Of a DNA stretch of 64,000 nucleotides, positions 45,623-55,552 are shown one piece after another. The translations under genes were made by a program, and so were the position numbers. The notes under the pieces were generated by a model, which saw only the letters and a list, made by a program, of their open reading frames with translations, was not told the DNA's origin and searched no databases. Every line of letters starts with the position of its first letter. Position 1 is the stretch's first letter. Source of the stretch: Desulfotignum sp. GTDB taxonomy: Bacteria > Desulfobacterota > Desulfobacteria > Desulfobacterales > Desulfobacteraceae. The DNA is taken from the NCBI GenBank assembly GCA_040883135.1, contig JBFLKI010000154.1:2601-66600 (forward strand), given 5' to 3'.

Positions 45623-47974
45623 ATGGGTTTTGACGTCATTGTCTTATTGGGTATCGTTCTCGGGGCATTTGTCCTGTTTATCGGCGGCTGGCTCCGGGTA
45701 GACCTGGTGGGATTGTTGGTGCTGTCCGCACTGGCATTGACCGGACTGGTCACGCCTGCCGAAGCCATGGCCGGTTTCAGCAGCCCTGCCGTGGTCACTG
45801 TCTGGGCATTGTTCATCATTACCGCCGGCCTGACCCGCACCGGCATCGCCCATCAGCTGGGCCAGCCGCTGCAGCAGCTGGCCCATGGCAAAGAAATTAC
45901 GCTCATGATGGCATTGATGATTTTTGCCAGCCTGCTGTCCGCCCTGATCAATACGGTGACGGTAGCCGCCATTCTGCTTCCTTCCACCATGGAGCTGGCC
46001 CGACGCAGCGGATATCCGCCTTCCAGACTGCTCATGCCGCTGTCTTTGGGTTGCCTGCTGGGCGGGCCCTTCACCAGCATCTCAACTCCACCCAATATCC
46101 TGGCCACCGATGCCCTGCGCGGTCATGGCCTGGAACCGTTCGCCATATTCGATTTTACACCCATCACCGGGGCTGTTGTGGCAACCGGCATCGTGTTTAT
46201 GATCCTGATAGGACGGCACCTGCTGCCCAGCCGGTCCGGGGATGACCAAGCGGGGAAGCACAAAGCCATTGGGGCCTCTTATCAGCTGGATACCCATATC
46301 TTCACCACCCGCATTCCGAAAGATTCCCCGCTTCAGGGCCGGACCCTCACGGAAAGTCGCCTGGGTTCCGCTCTTTACCTGACAGTACTGGCCATCCGGC
46401 GGAAAGGGGTGATGATACTTGCCCCGGGGCCCGATCAAATCCTGGAACCGGAAGATGTGCTGATCGTCCACGGGAGCCCGGATCATCTCCAGCGTATCCA
46501 TGCCAGCCAGCATTTGCAGATCGAATCGTCCGATCAGATCCGGGACCTGGCATCCCAGCATCTGTTCACCGCCGGGGCAGTGATTCATGAGACATCCCCC
46601 CTGGCCGGTATCCGTCTTTTGGACAGCGGGCTGCGCCGGGAACATCGGATTCATGTGATGGCCCTGTACACTCAGGACCAACAACCGGTCAAGGACCTTC
46701 GCAACCATCGGCTGACTCCTGGTGATTATCTGATATTGCAGGGTGAAAAACAGTCCCTGGAAGCCTTGTCCAAAAAACAGGTGGTGGCTCAACTGCGTTT
46801 CCAGGTATCTGAAAAGTCAGGTTTGTCAACAGATGAACAAATGGAACTGCTGCCGGTACGGGTCCCGGACGGATCGGTCCTGGCGGGTCATGACCTGATC
46901 GAAAGCCGGCTGGGAAACGCATTCGGCCTGACCGTTGCCGGCATTGTCCGGGATTCGGACATGACCTGGATGCCCTCTCCCCATGAAAAAATCCAGCCGG
47001 GAGATCTGCTGCTGCTTCAGGGATCTTTCCATGACCTGGAGGTCTTGCAGGGGCTGCAGGACCTGTATATCACCGAGCAGTCCTGCCGGCTGTCCGAGGA
47101 GCTGGAATCCCAGCAGATCGGAACCACCGAAGTACTGCTCTCACCCCGCACCACCCTTGCCGGAAGAACTCTTGCCAGCCTGATGTTCAGAGAACGTTAC
47201 GGCATCAGCGTTTTGGCGGTCTGGCAAAAAGGCCGGGCATTTCGCTCCGGACTTCAGGACCTGCCGCTTCAGTTCGGGGACGCCCTGCTGGTGTACGGTC
47301 AGCGCCGGAACCTGGAGGCCCTGGCCCGGGACCCGGATTTTCTGGTACTGGATGAGACCGCCGCCCAGGCCCCCCGCCTGGAAAAAGCGAAAATCGCCGT
47401 CGTCATCATGCTGGCGGTCATTCTCAGCGCTATTTCAGGTCTGATCCCCATTTCCATTGCCGCCATGGCCGGGGCCACATTCATGGTTCTTGCCGGATGC
47501 CTGAGCATGGAGGAAGCCTACCGGGCCATTGAATGGAAAGTGGTGTTTCTCATTGCCGCCATGCTGCCCTTAGGTGCTGCCATTGAAAACACCGGGGTCG
47601 CCCAGATGGGAGCATCCGCTCTGATTGCGGCCGTGGGTGACATGGGGCCACGGTGGGTGGTGGCGTCCCTGTTCTCCATCACCGTGCTGGGCACCCAGAT
47701 CATCCCCACAGCCGCCCTAGTGGTGCTCATGGCCCCGGTGGCCCTGAGCGCTTCCGCCACGCTGGGCATTTCCCCGCATCTGCTGATGATGACCGTGGCC
47801 ATGTCCGCATCCTCCAGTTTTGCCAGCCCGTTGTCCCACCCGGCCAACCTGCTGGTCATGGGCCCGGGCGGATACCGGTTCATGGACTATGTCAAAGTCG
47901 GGGTTCCGATCACGCTTCTTTCTATGGCTGTATGCGTGGCGCTGCTGCCGATCTTGTGGCCCCCATATCCATAA
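45623..47974 (+). CDS. SLC13/DASS-family permease with four central TrkA-C (RCK_C) domains
   Basis: N- and C-terminal transporter halves flank four ~70-aa repeats. Each has the L(A/Q)G(R/H)xL...G...LxxGDxLxxxG pattern (e.g. SPLQGRTLTESRLG...EPEDVLIVHGS; TTLAGRTLASLMFRERYG...QFGDALLVYGQ). Confidence 0.85.
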   Translation: MGFDVIVLLGIVLGAFVLFIGGWLRVDLVGLLVLSALALTGLVTPAEAMAGFSSPAVVTVWALFIITAGLTRTGIAHQLGQPLQQLAHGKEITLMMALMIFASLLSALINTVTVAAILLPSTMELARRSGYPPSRLLMPLSLGCLLGGPFTSISTPPNILATDALRGHGLEPFAIFDFTPITGAVVATGIVFMILIGRHLLPSRSGDDQAGKHKAIGASYQLDTHIFTTRIPKDSPLQGRTLTESRLGSALYLTVLAIRRKGVMILAPGPDQILEPEDVLIVHGSPDHLQRIHASQHLQIESSDQIRDLASQHLFTAGAVIHETSPLAGIRLLDSGLRREHRIHVMALYTQDQQPVKDLRNHRLTPGDYLILQGEKQSLEALSKKQVVAQLRFQVSEKSGLSTDEQMELLPVRVPDGSVLAGHDLIESRLGNAFGLTVAGIVRDSDMTWMPSPHEKIQPGDLLLLQGSFHDLEVLQGLQDLYITEQSCRLSEELESQQIGTTEVLLSPRTTLAGRTLASLMFRERYGISVLAVWQKGRAFRSGLQDLPLQFGDALLVYGQRRNLEALARDPDFLVLDETAAQAPRLEKAKIAVVIMLAVILSAISGLIPISIAAMAGATFMVLAGCLSMEEAYRAIEWKVVFLIAAMLPLGAAIENTGVAQMGASALIAAVGDMGPRWVVASLFSITVLGTQIIPTAALVVLMAPVALSASATLGISPHLLMMTVAMSASSSFASPLSHPANLLVMGPGGYRFMDYVKVGVPITLLSMAVCVALLPILWPPYP

Positions 47975-48956
47975 ACGGATCCATCATCGTCAGGCTTCGC
48001 CAAAACAGATTCCCGTCATTCGGTCCAATGCCGGCTTCCCTGCCTGTGGCAGAAATAAAATCCCCGGGCGGATCGACAGCAAACCCCATTTTGAGTCCGG
48101 AAAAGGGATGCCGGAACCCGATTTGCCATGCATGGAGCATCTGCCGGGAGCAACGCTGCGCTGTTTTTCTGTTTCTGCGGAACTGATAGGTCTGATCCCC
48201 TAAAAGCGGAAAACCCATGTCATAAAAATGCACCCGGATCTGATGCGTCCGGCCGGTATACAGACGAACTCGGACCAGACAGGCATTTTCGAACCGCTGA
48301 ATCACCTGCCAGACCGTCCTTGCCGGCCTGCCGGCATCCGGGTTGACACTCATCCGCTTTCGGTCCTTAGGATGGCGGCTGATGGGACGGTCGATCTCCC
48401 CGGATACGGCCAGATCCGATCCGGTGACCAGGGCCAGATAGATTTTCTCCACCCGGTGATACTTGAATTCCTTTTGCAGAAATTTCAGGCTGTGGTCGGT
48501 TCTGGCCGCCAGGAGCAGTCCACTGGTGTCCTTGTCCAGCCGGTGAACGATGCCCGGGCGGGTTGGATCGTCACCCACCTGTCGGATATCCGGAAAACCG
48601 TGGACCAGACGGTTCACCAGGGTATTTTCACAACGACCCGCCCCGGGATGAACCACCAGGCCGGGTGGCTTGTTCACTACCACGATATGGGAATCCGCAT
48701 GGACCACATCCAGAGACCGTGGATCGGATTTCACCGTTATTTCCCCATCCTCCGATAAAATTTCCCCTGTTACCTGATCCCCTTTTTTCGTCCGGTATCC
48801 CGGACGTTTTTGCAGTCCGGAAATCCGGACATCTCCCCTGCTGACGGCCGTGGCAGCCATGGATCTTGAACAGTCCGGCACAGACTGGGAAACGACCACA
48901 TCCAGACGCTGTCCCGCAAAAGACGAAGAAACGGTAAAATCGATTTTCATGCGCAC
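47922..48956 (-). CDS. rluD: 23S rRNA pseudouridine synthase, RluA family (RluD-like) with an S4 domain
   Basis: HRLDKDTSGLLLAART catalytic motif and an N-terminal S4-like region. The C-terminal ~35 aa form an unconserved-looking tail that overlaps the convergent SLC13 gene by 53 nt. Confidence 0.85.
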   Translation of the reverse strand: MRMKIDFTVSSSFAGQRLDVVVSQSVPDCSRSMAATAVSRGDVRISGLQKRPGYRTKKGDQVTGEILSEDGEITVKSDPRSLDVVHADSHIVVVNKPPGLVVHPGAGRCENTLVNRLVHGFPDIRQVGDDPTRPGIVHRLDKDTSGLLLAARTDHSLKFLQKEFKYHRVEKIYLALVTGSDLAVSGEIDRPISRHPKDRKRMSVNPDAGRPARTVWQVIQRFENACLVRVRLYTGRTHQIRVHFYDMGFPLLGDQTYQFRRNRKTAQRCSRQMLHAWQIGFRHPFSGLKMGFAVDPPGDFISATGREAGIGPNDGNLFWRSLTMMDPFMDMGATRSAAAPRIQP

Positions 48957-48997
48957 CTAAAAACAAAACCGACGGGGAGAAACGTCCGCCCGTCGGT
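48957..48997 (-). terminator. Rho-independent terminator after carD
   Basis: On the minus strand, CCGACGGG-(12 nt)-CCCGTCGG is followed by TTTTGTTTTT. Confidence 0.6.
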
Positions 48998-49023
48998 CTT
49001 CAGTTCACAAATGGGTTTTTAAC

Positions 49024-49557
49024 TTATTGAAACAGGTTTTCAATTTCCTTGATCATGGACATTTCATCAATGTCCTTTGCCGTGGACAATTCCTGCACCA
49101 GCAGGTTCTGTGCCGTATCTAAAAGCTTGCGTTCACCAAATGACAAATCTTTTTCCAGCTTGAGCTGAAACAGATCCCGGAACACTTCCGCAACATCATA
49201 TATGGACCCGGTCTTGATCTTGTCCATGTATTCCCTGTACCGGCGGTTCCAGGTCTGATTGTCCCCATTCTGAGCCTTTTCCTGCATCACTTTGTACACC
49301 TGGGGAATCTCGTTCTCCGGAATCACCTCCCGCAACCCCACGGATTCAACATTGGAGGTCGGAATCATTATTACCATGCCGTTTTCCACAATTTTCATCA
49401 TGTAAAAATTCAAGGTATCACCGTTGATCTCCTTGCTTTCAATGGACTCGATACAGCCCACGCCATGTGCCGGATAAACAGCCAGATCCCCTTTTACAAA
49501 TTCTTTTTTGGTTGATATGCTCGCCTTAGCCTTTGATTTACCGGATTTTTCACCCAT
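49024..49557 (-). CDS. carD: CarD/CdnL-family RNA polymerase-binding transcription factor
   Basis: FVKGDLAVYPAHGVGCIESIESKEINGDTLNFYMMKI... matches CarD_CdnL_TRCF. A candidate promoter lies upstream: TTGACA (rc of 49626-49631), 18 nt, TATACA (rc of 49602-49607). Confidence 0.9.
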   Translation of the reverse strand: MGEKSGKSKAKASISTKKEFVKGDLAVYPAHGVGCIESIESKEINGDTLNFYMMKIVENGMVIMIPTSNVESVGLREVIPENEIPQVYKVMQEKAQNGDNQTWNRRYREYMDKIKTGSIYDVAEVFRDLFQLKLEKDLSFGERKLLDTAQNLLVQELSTAKDIDEMSMIKEIENLFQ

Positions 49558-49663
49558 TGGATAACTTACCTCGATATATTTACAATTTGCCTATTCTTTA
49601 ATGTATACCCACAATATAACAAGATTGTCAATATAAATTTCATGAATCCAGCTTCGAACGCTT

Positions 49664-50245
49664 TCAGGATCGGGCATTCACCTGATTCATGGCCCGGATC
49701 GCCCCGCGTGAAATAATGAGCTCACATGCCTGTGCCGCATCCAGAATCACTTTGTCCAGTCCGGCCTGTTCTTCAGAGGTAAAGCGCCCCAGAACATGCC
49801 CGGTGACCCGGGTCTGGGTGCCGGGATGACCGACGCCAACCCGAACCCGGATAAAATTCCTGGTGCCAAAGGCATCTTCAATGGACCTGATCCCGTTGTG
49901 TCCACCGGATCCGCGGTCCTGTACGATTTTAATGACACCAAAAGGAAGGTCCATGTCATCATGAACCACGATCATGTCGGAGACTGGAATTTTGAAATAG
50001 GCGGTGAGTTGCCGGAGAGGGAATCCGCTCCGGTTCATATAGGAAAGGGGTTTGACCAGGAACACATCCCGGCCGTAAAGGGTTGTTCGGGTATAGGCTG
50101 CGTCAAAACGGGTCTTGCTGAAATCGGTTTTTGCTTTTTTGGCAATGAACTCAACTACCAGAAAACCGATGTTGTGACGGGTCCGGGAATAGGTCTCCCC
50201 AGGGTTTCCCAGACCCGCCAATAATTTGAAATGCGTGGATGACAT
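49664..50245 (-). CDS. pth: Peptidyl-tRNA hydrolase
   Basis: LLAGLGNPGETYSRTRHNIGF...GGHNGIRSI. Confidence 0.95.
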   Translation of the reverse strand: MSSTHFKLLAGLGNPGETYSRTRHNIGFLVVEFIAKKAKTDFSKTRFDAAYTRTTLYGRDVFLVKPLSYMNRSGFPLRQLTAYFKIPVSDMIVVHDDMDLPFGVIKIVQDRGSGGHNGIRSIEDAFGTRNFIRVRVGVGHPGTQTRVTGHVLGRFTSEEQAGLDKVILDAAQACELIISRGAIRAMNQVNARS

Positions 50246-50259
50246 GATCCACCAGCACG

Positions 50260-50937
50260 CTATTCAGCGGGTTCAGCAGGCGTATCCTCTGCCGTCTCTG
50301 CCATTTCCTCTTCATCCAGAAGTTCGTCTTCTTCGGTGATTTCTTCCTCTTCACCCGCATCCGGCGGAATCACGGTGATCATGGTGAAATTGGTTTCATG
50401 GGGAATCTGGACGGCATCGCCCAGATCGATGTCTTCCACATGAATCGCATCCCCGATGTCCAGATCAGAGACATCGATTTCAATCTTTTCAGGCGTATCG
50501 GCCGGTTTGCAGATCACTTCCAGTTCCCTGCGGATGATCTGGAGCATTCCACCGCCGTCCTTGACCCCTATACTCGTCCCGATTATCTCTACCGGAACTT
50601 GAACCGTTACCTGGGTATCCATATCGATCTGCTGAAAATCCGCATGCAGGTATTCAATACCGAAAGGATCCATCTGCAATTCCTTGAGCATGACCACCTG
50701 GGTCTGTGGGTCGTCGCCCTGAATTTTCAGGTTCAGGAAAAGACCGGAAATCCCTCGGTCCCGAACAATTTTATCGAATTCTGCGGTGTCCAGACTGACC
50801 ATCATCGGGGTCATTTTGGTTCCGTAGACCACCCCGGGAATCATTTTTTCCCGACGGATTCTTCTGGCCGCACCTTTGCCACTGATCTTTCTCTGGGTGG
50901 CGTTCAATTTAACTAGCTCCACTGTATTTCCCTCCAT
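50260..50937 (-). CDS. rplY: 50S ribosomal protein L25 / general stress protein Ctc
   Basis: 225 aa with an L25/Ctc N-terminal domain (RKISGKGAARRIRREKMIPGVVYG) and an acidic C-terminal tail. Confidence 0.9.
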   Translation of the reverse strand: MEGNTVELVKLNATQRKISGKGAARRIRREKMIPGVVYGTKMTPMMVSLDTAEFDKIVRDRGISGLFLNLKIQGDDPQTQVVMLKELQMDPFGIEYLHADFQQIDMDTQVTVQVPVEIIGTSIGVKDGGGMLQIIRRELEVICKPADTPEKIEIDVSDLDIGDAIHVEDIDLGDAVQIPHETNFTMITVIPPDAGEEEEITEEDELLDEEEMAETAEDTPAEPAE

Positions 50938-51010
50938 AGCCGTTGTTTCTGATGTAACCGTCAGTCACAGACAGCGTGTTAATAACCATAAACAATTATG
51001 ATAAAACGGT

Positions 51011-51949
51011 TCAAATAAACAAAGAATTCACTGAGTCTCCCCTGTAGGAGCGCATGATGGCTTCACCTACCAGTTTTGCAATGGAAAGGGTTTTAATCTT
51101 TTCACATTGCTGCGCTTCAGGTGACAGGGGGACGGTGTCCGTGGCAACCAGGGTATTGAGTGATGATCGGGTGATCCGGTCGATGGCCGGCCCGGACAGC
51201 ACTGGATGGGTGCAGTAGGCATGAACCTGACGGGCCCCTTTTTCACGTATCACGCTGGCCGCTTCAGTCAGAGTGCCGGCCGTATCCACCATGTCATCTA
51301 TGACAATGGCAATTTTATCTTTCACATCACCAATAATGGCCATAGCCCGGGCCTGATTGGGTGCGCTCCGACGCTTGTCCACGATCGCCAGGCTGCAATG
51401 GAGCCGTTTGGCATAGGCCCGGGCACGTTCCACACCGCCGGCGTCCGGAGACACCACCACCAAATTTTCAGGGTACCGTGTCTTGATATCATCGATGATG
51501 ATGGGGGCCGCATACAGATTGTCCACAGGCACACTGAAAAACCCCTGAATCTGACCGGCATGCAGGTCCATGGTGATCACGCGGTCCACCCCGGTGTTTT
51601 CCAGAAGATCCGCCACCATTTTAGCGGAAATCGGCACCCGGGGCGCCACTTTTTTGTCCTGGCGGGCATACCCGAAATAAGGAATCACTGCAGTGATCCG
51701 GCTGGCGGACGAGCGTTTGAACGCGTCAATCAACAGAAGCAGTTCCACCAGATGATCATTCACCGGATTGCAGGTGGATTGAATCACATAAATTTCCTGC
51801 TTCCTGACATTTTCATGAATTTCAACCTGGATTTCACCGTCACTGAAGCGATTGACTTTCATTTTTCCCAAAGGTTTTGCAAGATATTCAGAAATCCGAT
51901 CGCACAGCAGCGGATTTGAATTACCAGCAAATATTGACAGCCCACTCAT
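51011..51949 (-). CDS. prs: Ribose-phosphate pyrophosphokinase
   Basis: FSDGEIQVEI...VIPYFGYARQDKK...VSPDAGGVERA...DDMVDTAGT. Confidence 0.95.
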   Translation of the reverse strand: MSGLSIFAGNSNPLLCDRISEYLAKPLGKMKVNRFSDGEIQVEIHENVRKQEIYVIQSTCNPVNDHLVELLLLIDAFKRSSASRITAVIPYFGYARQDKKVAPRVPISAKMVADLLENTGVDRVITMDLHAGQIQGFFSVPVDNLYAAPIIIDDIKTRYPENLVVVSPDAGGVERARAYAKRLHCSLAIVDKRRSAPNQARAMAIIGDVKDKIAIVIDDMVDTAGTLTEAASVIREKGARQVHAYCTHPVLSGPAIDRITRSSLNTLVATDTVPLSPEAQQCEKIKTLSIAKLVGEAIMRSYRGDSVNSLFI

Positions 51950-51982
51950 AGCAAATCTCTTTAATTTCTATCATTCCTAAAT

Positions 51983-52057
51983 TGGCTGGGGCGAGAGGAT
52001 TCGAACCTCTGAATGCAGGGATCAAAACCCTGTGTCTTGCCACTTGACGACGCCCCA
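51983..52057 (-). tRNA. tRNA-Gln (anticodon UUG), CCA encoded
   Basis: The reverse complement is TGGGGCGTCGTCAAGTGGCAAGACACAGGGTTTTGATCCCTGCATTCAGAGGTTCGAATCCTCTCGCCCCAGCCA. It folds with a 7-bp acceptor stem (TGGGGCG/CGCCCCA), an anticodon stem CAGGG/CCCTG with loop TTTTGAT, and a T arm AGAGG-TTCGAAT-CCTCT. Confidence 0.95.
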
Positions 52058-52073
52058 GGACGGCTTGTCTGTA

Positions 52074-52961
52074 TCACGTATGTTGAAACACAGTCAGAAA
52101 CACCTGCCTGTTTTTCCAGGCCCGATGCTTACGAAGCAGCTCATACGCCTGGACCGCATTTTTTTTATCCGAAAAAAGCGAAAACAACGATCCGCCGCTT
52201 CCTGACATGGTCACCGGCTTCTGCAGCAGATATGCCATTTCATCCCTGGCAACCTTTATTTCCGGATACAATCTGAAAGAGGCTGCTTCCAGATCATTGT
52301 GCAAATAAGGCCGTACATCAACATCCTGTCCCGTGGACAAAATATTTGAAGCCGATTCTATAGTATATTTCCCCTGAGATGTCAAACAAAAATCATGGTC
52401 CTGATACACGCTGGCAGTGGAAGCAGCAATCCCTGGATCACACAGCACCACGTGTCGAGGGTGCAGCCTCGGCACCCGGGTCAGCTGGTCTCCCACCCCG
52501 GTGGCCAGTGCGGGTCTCCCATACAGAAAAAACGGCACATCCGCGCCCAGTTGCCTTCCCATTTCCATCAGTTCCTTGCAGGAAAACAGATCATGACACC
52601 GGGCATTCAACGTCGACAGCACTGTGGCGGCATTGCTGCTGCCGCCGCCAAGTCCTCCGCCCACAGGAATGTTCTTTTTGATATCAATGGTGACGCCCGG
52701 CACAGAAATATTTTTTTTTTGATCTTCACAGGCCCGGAAAAACAGTGTGGCCGCCCGGTACGCGAGATTGGTTTCGTCCTCCGGGACCAGGGGATGATTG
52801 CAGGTGACCTCAACCCCGGCACCCTGGAACGTGAACGTCATCACATCGGCCAGCTGGATTGTTGTCATCAGGGTAAACAGGTCATGATACCCGTCCGGCC
52901 GTTTGCCGGTGACATACAGAAACAGATTGATCTTGGCAAACGATGTCGAAGACTGGATCAC
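52074..52961 (-). CDS. ispE: 4-diphosphocytidyl-2-C-methyl-D-erythritol kinase
   Basis: AKINLFLYVTGKRPDGYHDL...IPVGGGLGGGSSNAA (GHMP kinase motif). Confidence 0.9.
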   Translation of the reverse strand: MIQSSTSFAKINLFLYVTGKRPDGYHDLFTLMTTIQLADVMTFTFQGAGVEVTCNHPLVPEDETNLAYRAATLFFRACEDQKKNISVPGVTIDIKKNIPVGGGLGGGSSNAATVLSTLNARCHDLFSCKELMEMGRQLGADVPFFLYGRPALATGVGDQLTRVPRLHPRHVVLCDPGIAASTASVYQDHDFCLTSQGKYTIESASNILSTGQDVDVRPYLHNDLEAASFRLYPEIKVARDEMAYLLQKPVTMSGSGGSLFSLFSDKKNAVQAYELLRKHRAWKNRQVFLTVFQHT

Positions 52962-53284
52962 CCCTTTGCCTCTACATAGGCCATCCGGATTTCACTGAGA
53001 AGCGCCCGCATCAGGTTTTCTTCATCCTTGTTCAGATTGCCTTTTGTTTTTTCCGAAAGCATGGCCATCATGTCGATGGTGTACTTGGCCATCGTCAGAT
53101 CCTTTTTGATCTCGCCCGAAGAAGGATCTTCCACTTTTCCCAGCTGAACCAGACCGGATGAATAAATGGACAGAATAAAACTGGAAAATGCCACTTTGGG
53201 CAATGCATTTTTACGGGCGGCTTCTTGGTTTGCCTCAGCCGCTTTCTTTGCCGCTTCCATGATAAACCCTTTTTCTTCAGGCAT
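52958..53284 (-). CDS. DUF1844-like small protein
   Basis: FSSFILSIYSSGLVQLGKVEDPSSGEIKKDLTMAKYTIDMMAMLSEKTKGNL...EIRMAYV matches my recollection of DUF1844. The start chosen is ATG 53284, in an ATGCCTGA overlap with the upstream stop. ATG 53299 or 53323 are also possible. Confidence 0.65.
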   Translation of the reverse strand: MPEEKGFIMEAAKKAAEANQEAARKNALPKVAFSSFILSIYSSGLVQLGKVEDPSSGEIKKDLTMAKYTIDMMAMLSEKTKGNLNKDEENLMRALLSEIRMAYVEAKG

Positions 53285-55433
53285 CTGACGATCCTCCATT
53301 ACATTGGTTTTGGGGTGTGTCATCCAGCCGGATTATGATATCGGCCACGGTTGTTTTCTTTCCTGCCTCGTGGACAAAAAGCGGATTGATATCCAGCTCC
53401 CGGATCACGGGATGATCATCCACCAGGGCCTTCAATGATACAATGTTTTTTTCGATCTCTTCAATATCGGACGGGGCTTCCCCGCGCAATCCCTTGAGGA
53501 TAGGGTATCCTCTGATGCTTTTTACCATTCTCCGTGCCACGTTCCGTCCCATGGGAGACAGTCGGAACGCCACATCCTTATAGACTTCCACAAAAATGCC
53601 TCCCAGCCCGAACATCACGGCATGACCGAACACCGGATCATATGTCACGCCCAAAATAACCTCCTTGCCGGCAGGGGCCATCTGCTGCACCAGCACACCT
53701 TCCAGATGGGCTTTCGGATTATACTTTTTCACATTTTCCATGATCTGTTCAAAGGCGGCTTTAACGGCCTTATCATTTTCCAGACGGACCTTGACGCCCC
53801 CGGCATCAGACTTGTGCAGAATCTGGGAGGAGACGATTTTCATCACCACCGGATACCCCAATTTTTGAGCTATCTGCAAGGCCTCATCCGCTGTTCTCGC
53901 CAGTTCCATGGGAAGGATGTTGAAGCCGTAACATTTGAGGATCTCGTTTCCGTCCAGTTCGCCTAAGACATACCGGCCCTGGGACAGATATTGTTCTATG
54001 ATCCTGCCTGCTTTTTCCTTATCATATATCAGGTTATACGGCGGCAGAATTTTTCTGAACAGCCATTTCATCCCATCCCGCAACGCGCCCAGGGATCTTG
54101 CCGCACTTTCGGGAAACTGGTAGACAGGGACCTTGTGCTTCTGAAGCAGTTTGACACCGTCAGACACATCCACGATCCCCATGAAGGCGCACAGAATCGG
54201 CTTGATGGTATTTTCAGCGATTCTGACAATGGATTCAGCCGTGCCGATGGCATCGGTCATGGACTGGGGCGTGAGGATGATCAACACGGCATCCACCCCC
54301 CGGTCGGCCAGTACCGTGGCCAGGGTGTTTTCATACCGGTCTTTGGCGGCATCCCCGATCACATCCACAGGATTGTGAAAATTGGCGGTGGCCGGCAGGT
54401 ATTTTTTCAGTTCCGTGATGGTCTCTTCGGAAAAAGTGGCCAGTTTCAACCCGGACTGTTCACTCATGTCTGTGGCGATAATGCCGGGCCCCCCGGCATT
54501 GGTGACAATGGCCACATGATCACCGGTGGGATATTTGTTGCCGGCAAACGCCTGAGCGTAGTCAAACAGCTGGTTCACGGTCTTGCACCGCAGAATGCCG
54601 GCCATGCTGAACAGCCCGTCATAGATCACATCCGAGCCGGCCAGGGCCCCGGTATGGGAGGCGGCGGCCCGGGCGCCGGCAGCCGAAGATCCGGACTTGA
54701 TGGCGATCACATGGGTCGGGTTGGTGCCGGAGGTCATCTTTCGGACTTCGGTGATGAATTCGTCGGCGCTGCGGCTCAGTTCCTCCATGTAGATCATCAC
54801 CACATCCGTGTCCGGATCCTTGTGATAGTACCGCAGCAGATCCAGCTCATCCACATCCGCCTTGTTGCCGATGGAGATGAATTTGGAGAACCCGAATCCC
54901 TTGTCCGCCGCATAATCAAGCACCGCCGTGCACAGGGCCCCGCTCTGGGAGATGAACGACACATTGCCCGGTTCCGGCATGCGGGCGGAAAAACTGGCAT
55001 TCAACGACACTTTGGGGGACGGATTGATAACTCCCAGACAGTTGGGTCCCACCAGACGGACACCGGCTTTTTTGCACAGGACCTTGATCTGTTTTTCAAT
55101 CTCCGCGCCTCCGCCTCCGACCTCCTTGAATCCGGCGGAAACAATGACGATGCCCTTGATTCCTTTGGCGATGCATTCCTGAACCGATGTCAGTGCCGCT
55201 TTCGGCGGCAGGATGATCATGGCCAGGTCGATGGGATCCGGAATATTGGTGATACTGGTGTAACATTTCACACTGAGAACGGACCGGGCCTTGGGATTGA
55301 CCGGATACAGTGTGCCTTTGTATCCGTTCGATAAAATATTGGCAAAAATATCGTGCCCTACCTTTCCCTTCTGGGTGGAAGCACCGACTACAGCGATGGT
55401 TTCGGGTGCAAAAATGGCATCCAGCTTATCCAC
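53277..55433 (-). CDS. Acetyl-CoA synthetase (ADP/NDP-forming), fused alpha-beta type
   Basis: 718 aa, GTG start. It has a CoA-binding N-terminus (PETIAVVGASTQKGKVGHDIFANIL), a succinyl-CoA-synthetase-like ligase domain (with ...ASHTGALAG), and a C-terminal ATP-grasp. Confidence 0.85.
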   Translation of the reverse strand: MDKLDAIFAPETIAVVGASTQKGKVGHDIFANILSNGYKGTLYPVNPKARSVLSVKCYTSITNIPDPIDLAMIILPPKAALTSVQECIAKGIKGIVIVSAGFKEVGGGGAEIEKQIKVLCKKAGVRLVGPNCLGVINPSPKVSLNASFSARMPEPGNVSFISQSGALCTAVLDYAADKGFGFSKFISIGNKADVDELDLLRYYHKDPDTDVVMIYMEELSRSADEFITEVRKMTSGTNPTHVIAIKSGSSAAGARAAASHTGALAGSDVIYDGLFSMAGILRCKTVNQLFDYAQAFAGNKYPTGDHVAIVTNAGGPGIIATDMSEQSGLKLATFSEETITELKKYLPATANFHNPVDVIGDAAKDRYENTLATVLADRGVDAVLIILTPQSMTDAIGTAESIVRIAENTIKPILCAFMGIVDVSDGVKLLQKHKVPVYQFPESAARSLGALRDGMKWLFRKILPPYNLIYDKEKAGRIIEQYLSQGRYVLGELDGNEILKCYGFNILPMELARTADEALQIAQKLGYPVVMKIVSSQILHKSDAGGVKVRLENDKAVKAAFEQIMENVKKYNPKAHLEGVLVQQMAPAGKEVILGVTYDPVFGHAVMFGLGGIFVEVYKDVAFRLSPMGRNVARRMVKSIRGYPILKGLRGEAPSDIEEIEKNIVSLKALVDDHPVIRELDINPLFVHEAGKKTTVADIIIRLDDTPQNQCNGGSSDA

Positions 55434-55481
55434 GGATCCCCCTTTTTCGTATATTATTTTCGGCCCGGCAGAAGCAAATCC

Positions 55482-55522
55482 GGGGCCAGGCTTGAATGAA
55501 TCGCAATGCCAAGCCTGGCCCC
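55482..55522 (-). other. 13-bp perfect-stem hairpin between folD and the ADP-forming acetyl-CoA synthetase gene
   Basis: GGGGCCAGGCTTG (55482-55494), a 15-nt loop, CAAGCCTGGCCCC (55510-55522). No clean U-tract follows on the minus strand. Confidence 0.5.
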
Positions 55523-55552
55523 GTGCTTATTCCGTTTGAATCAAATGGGTGA

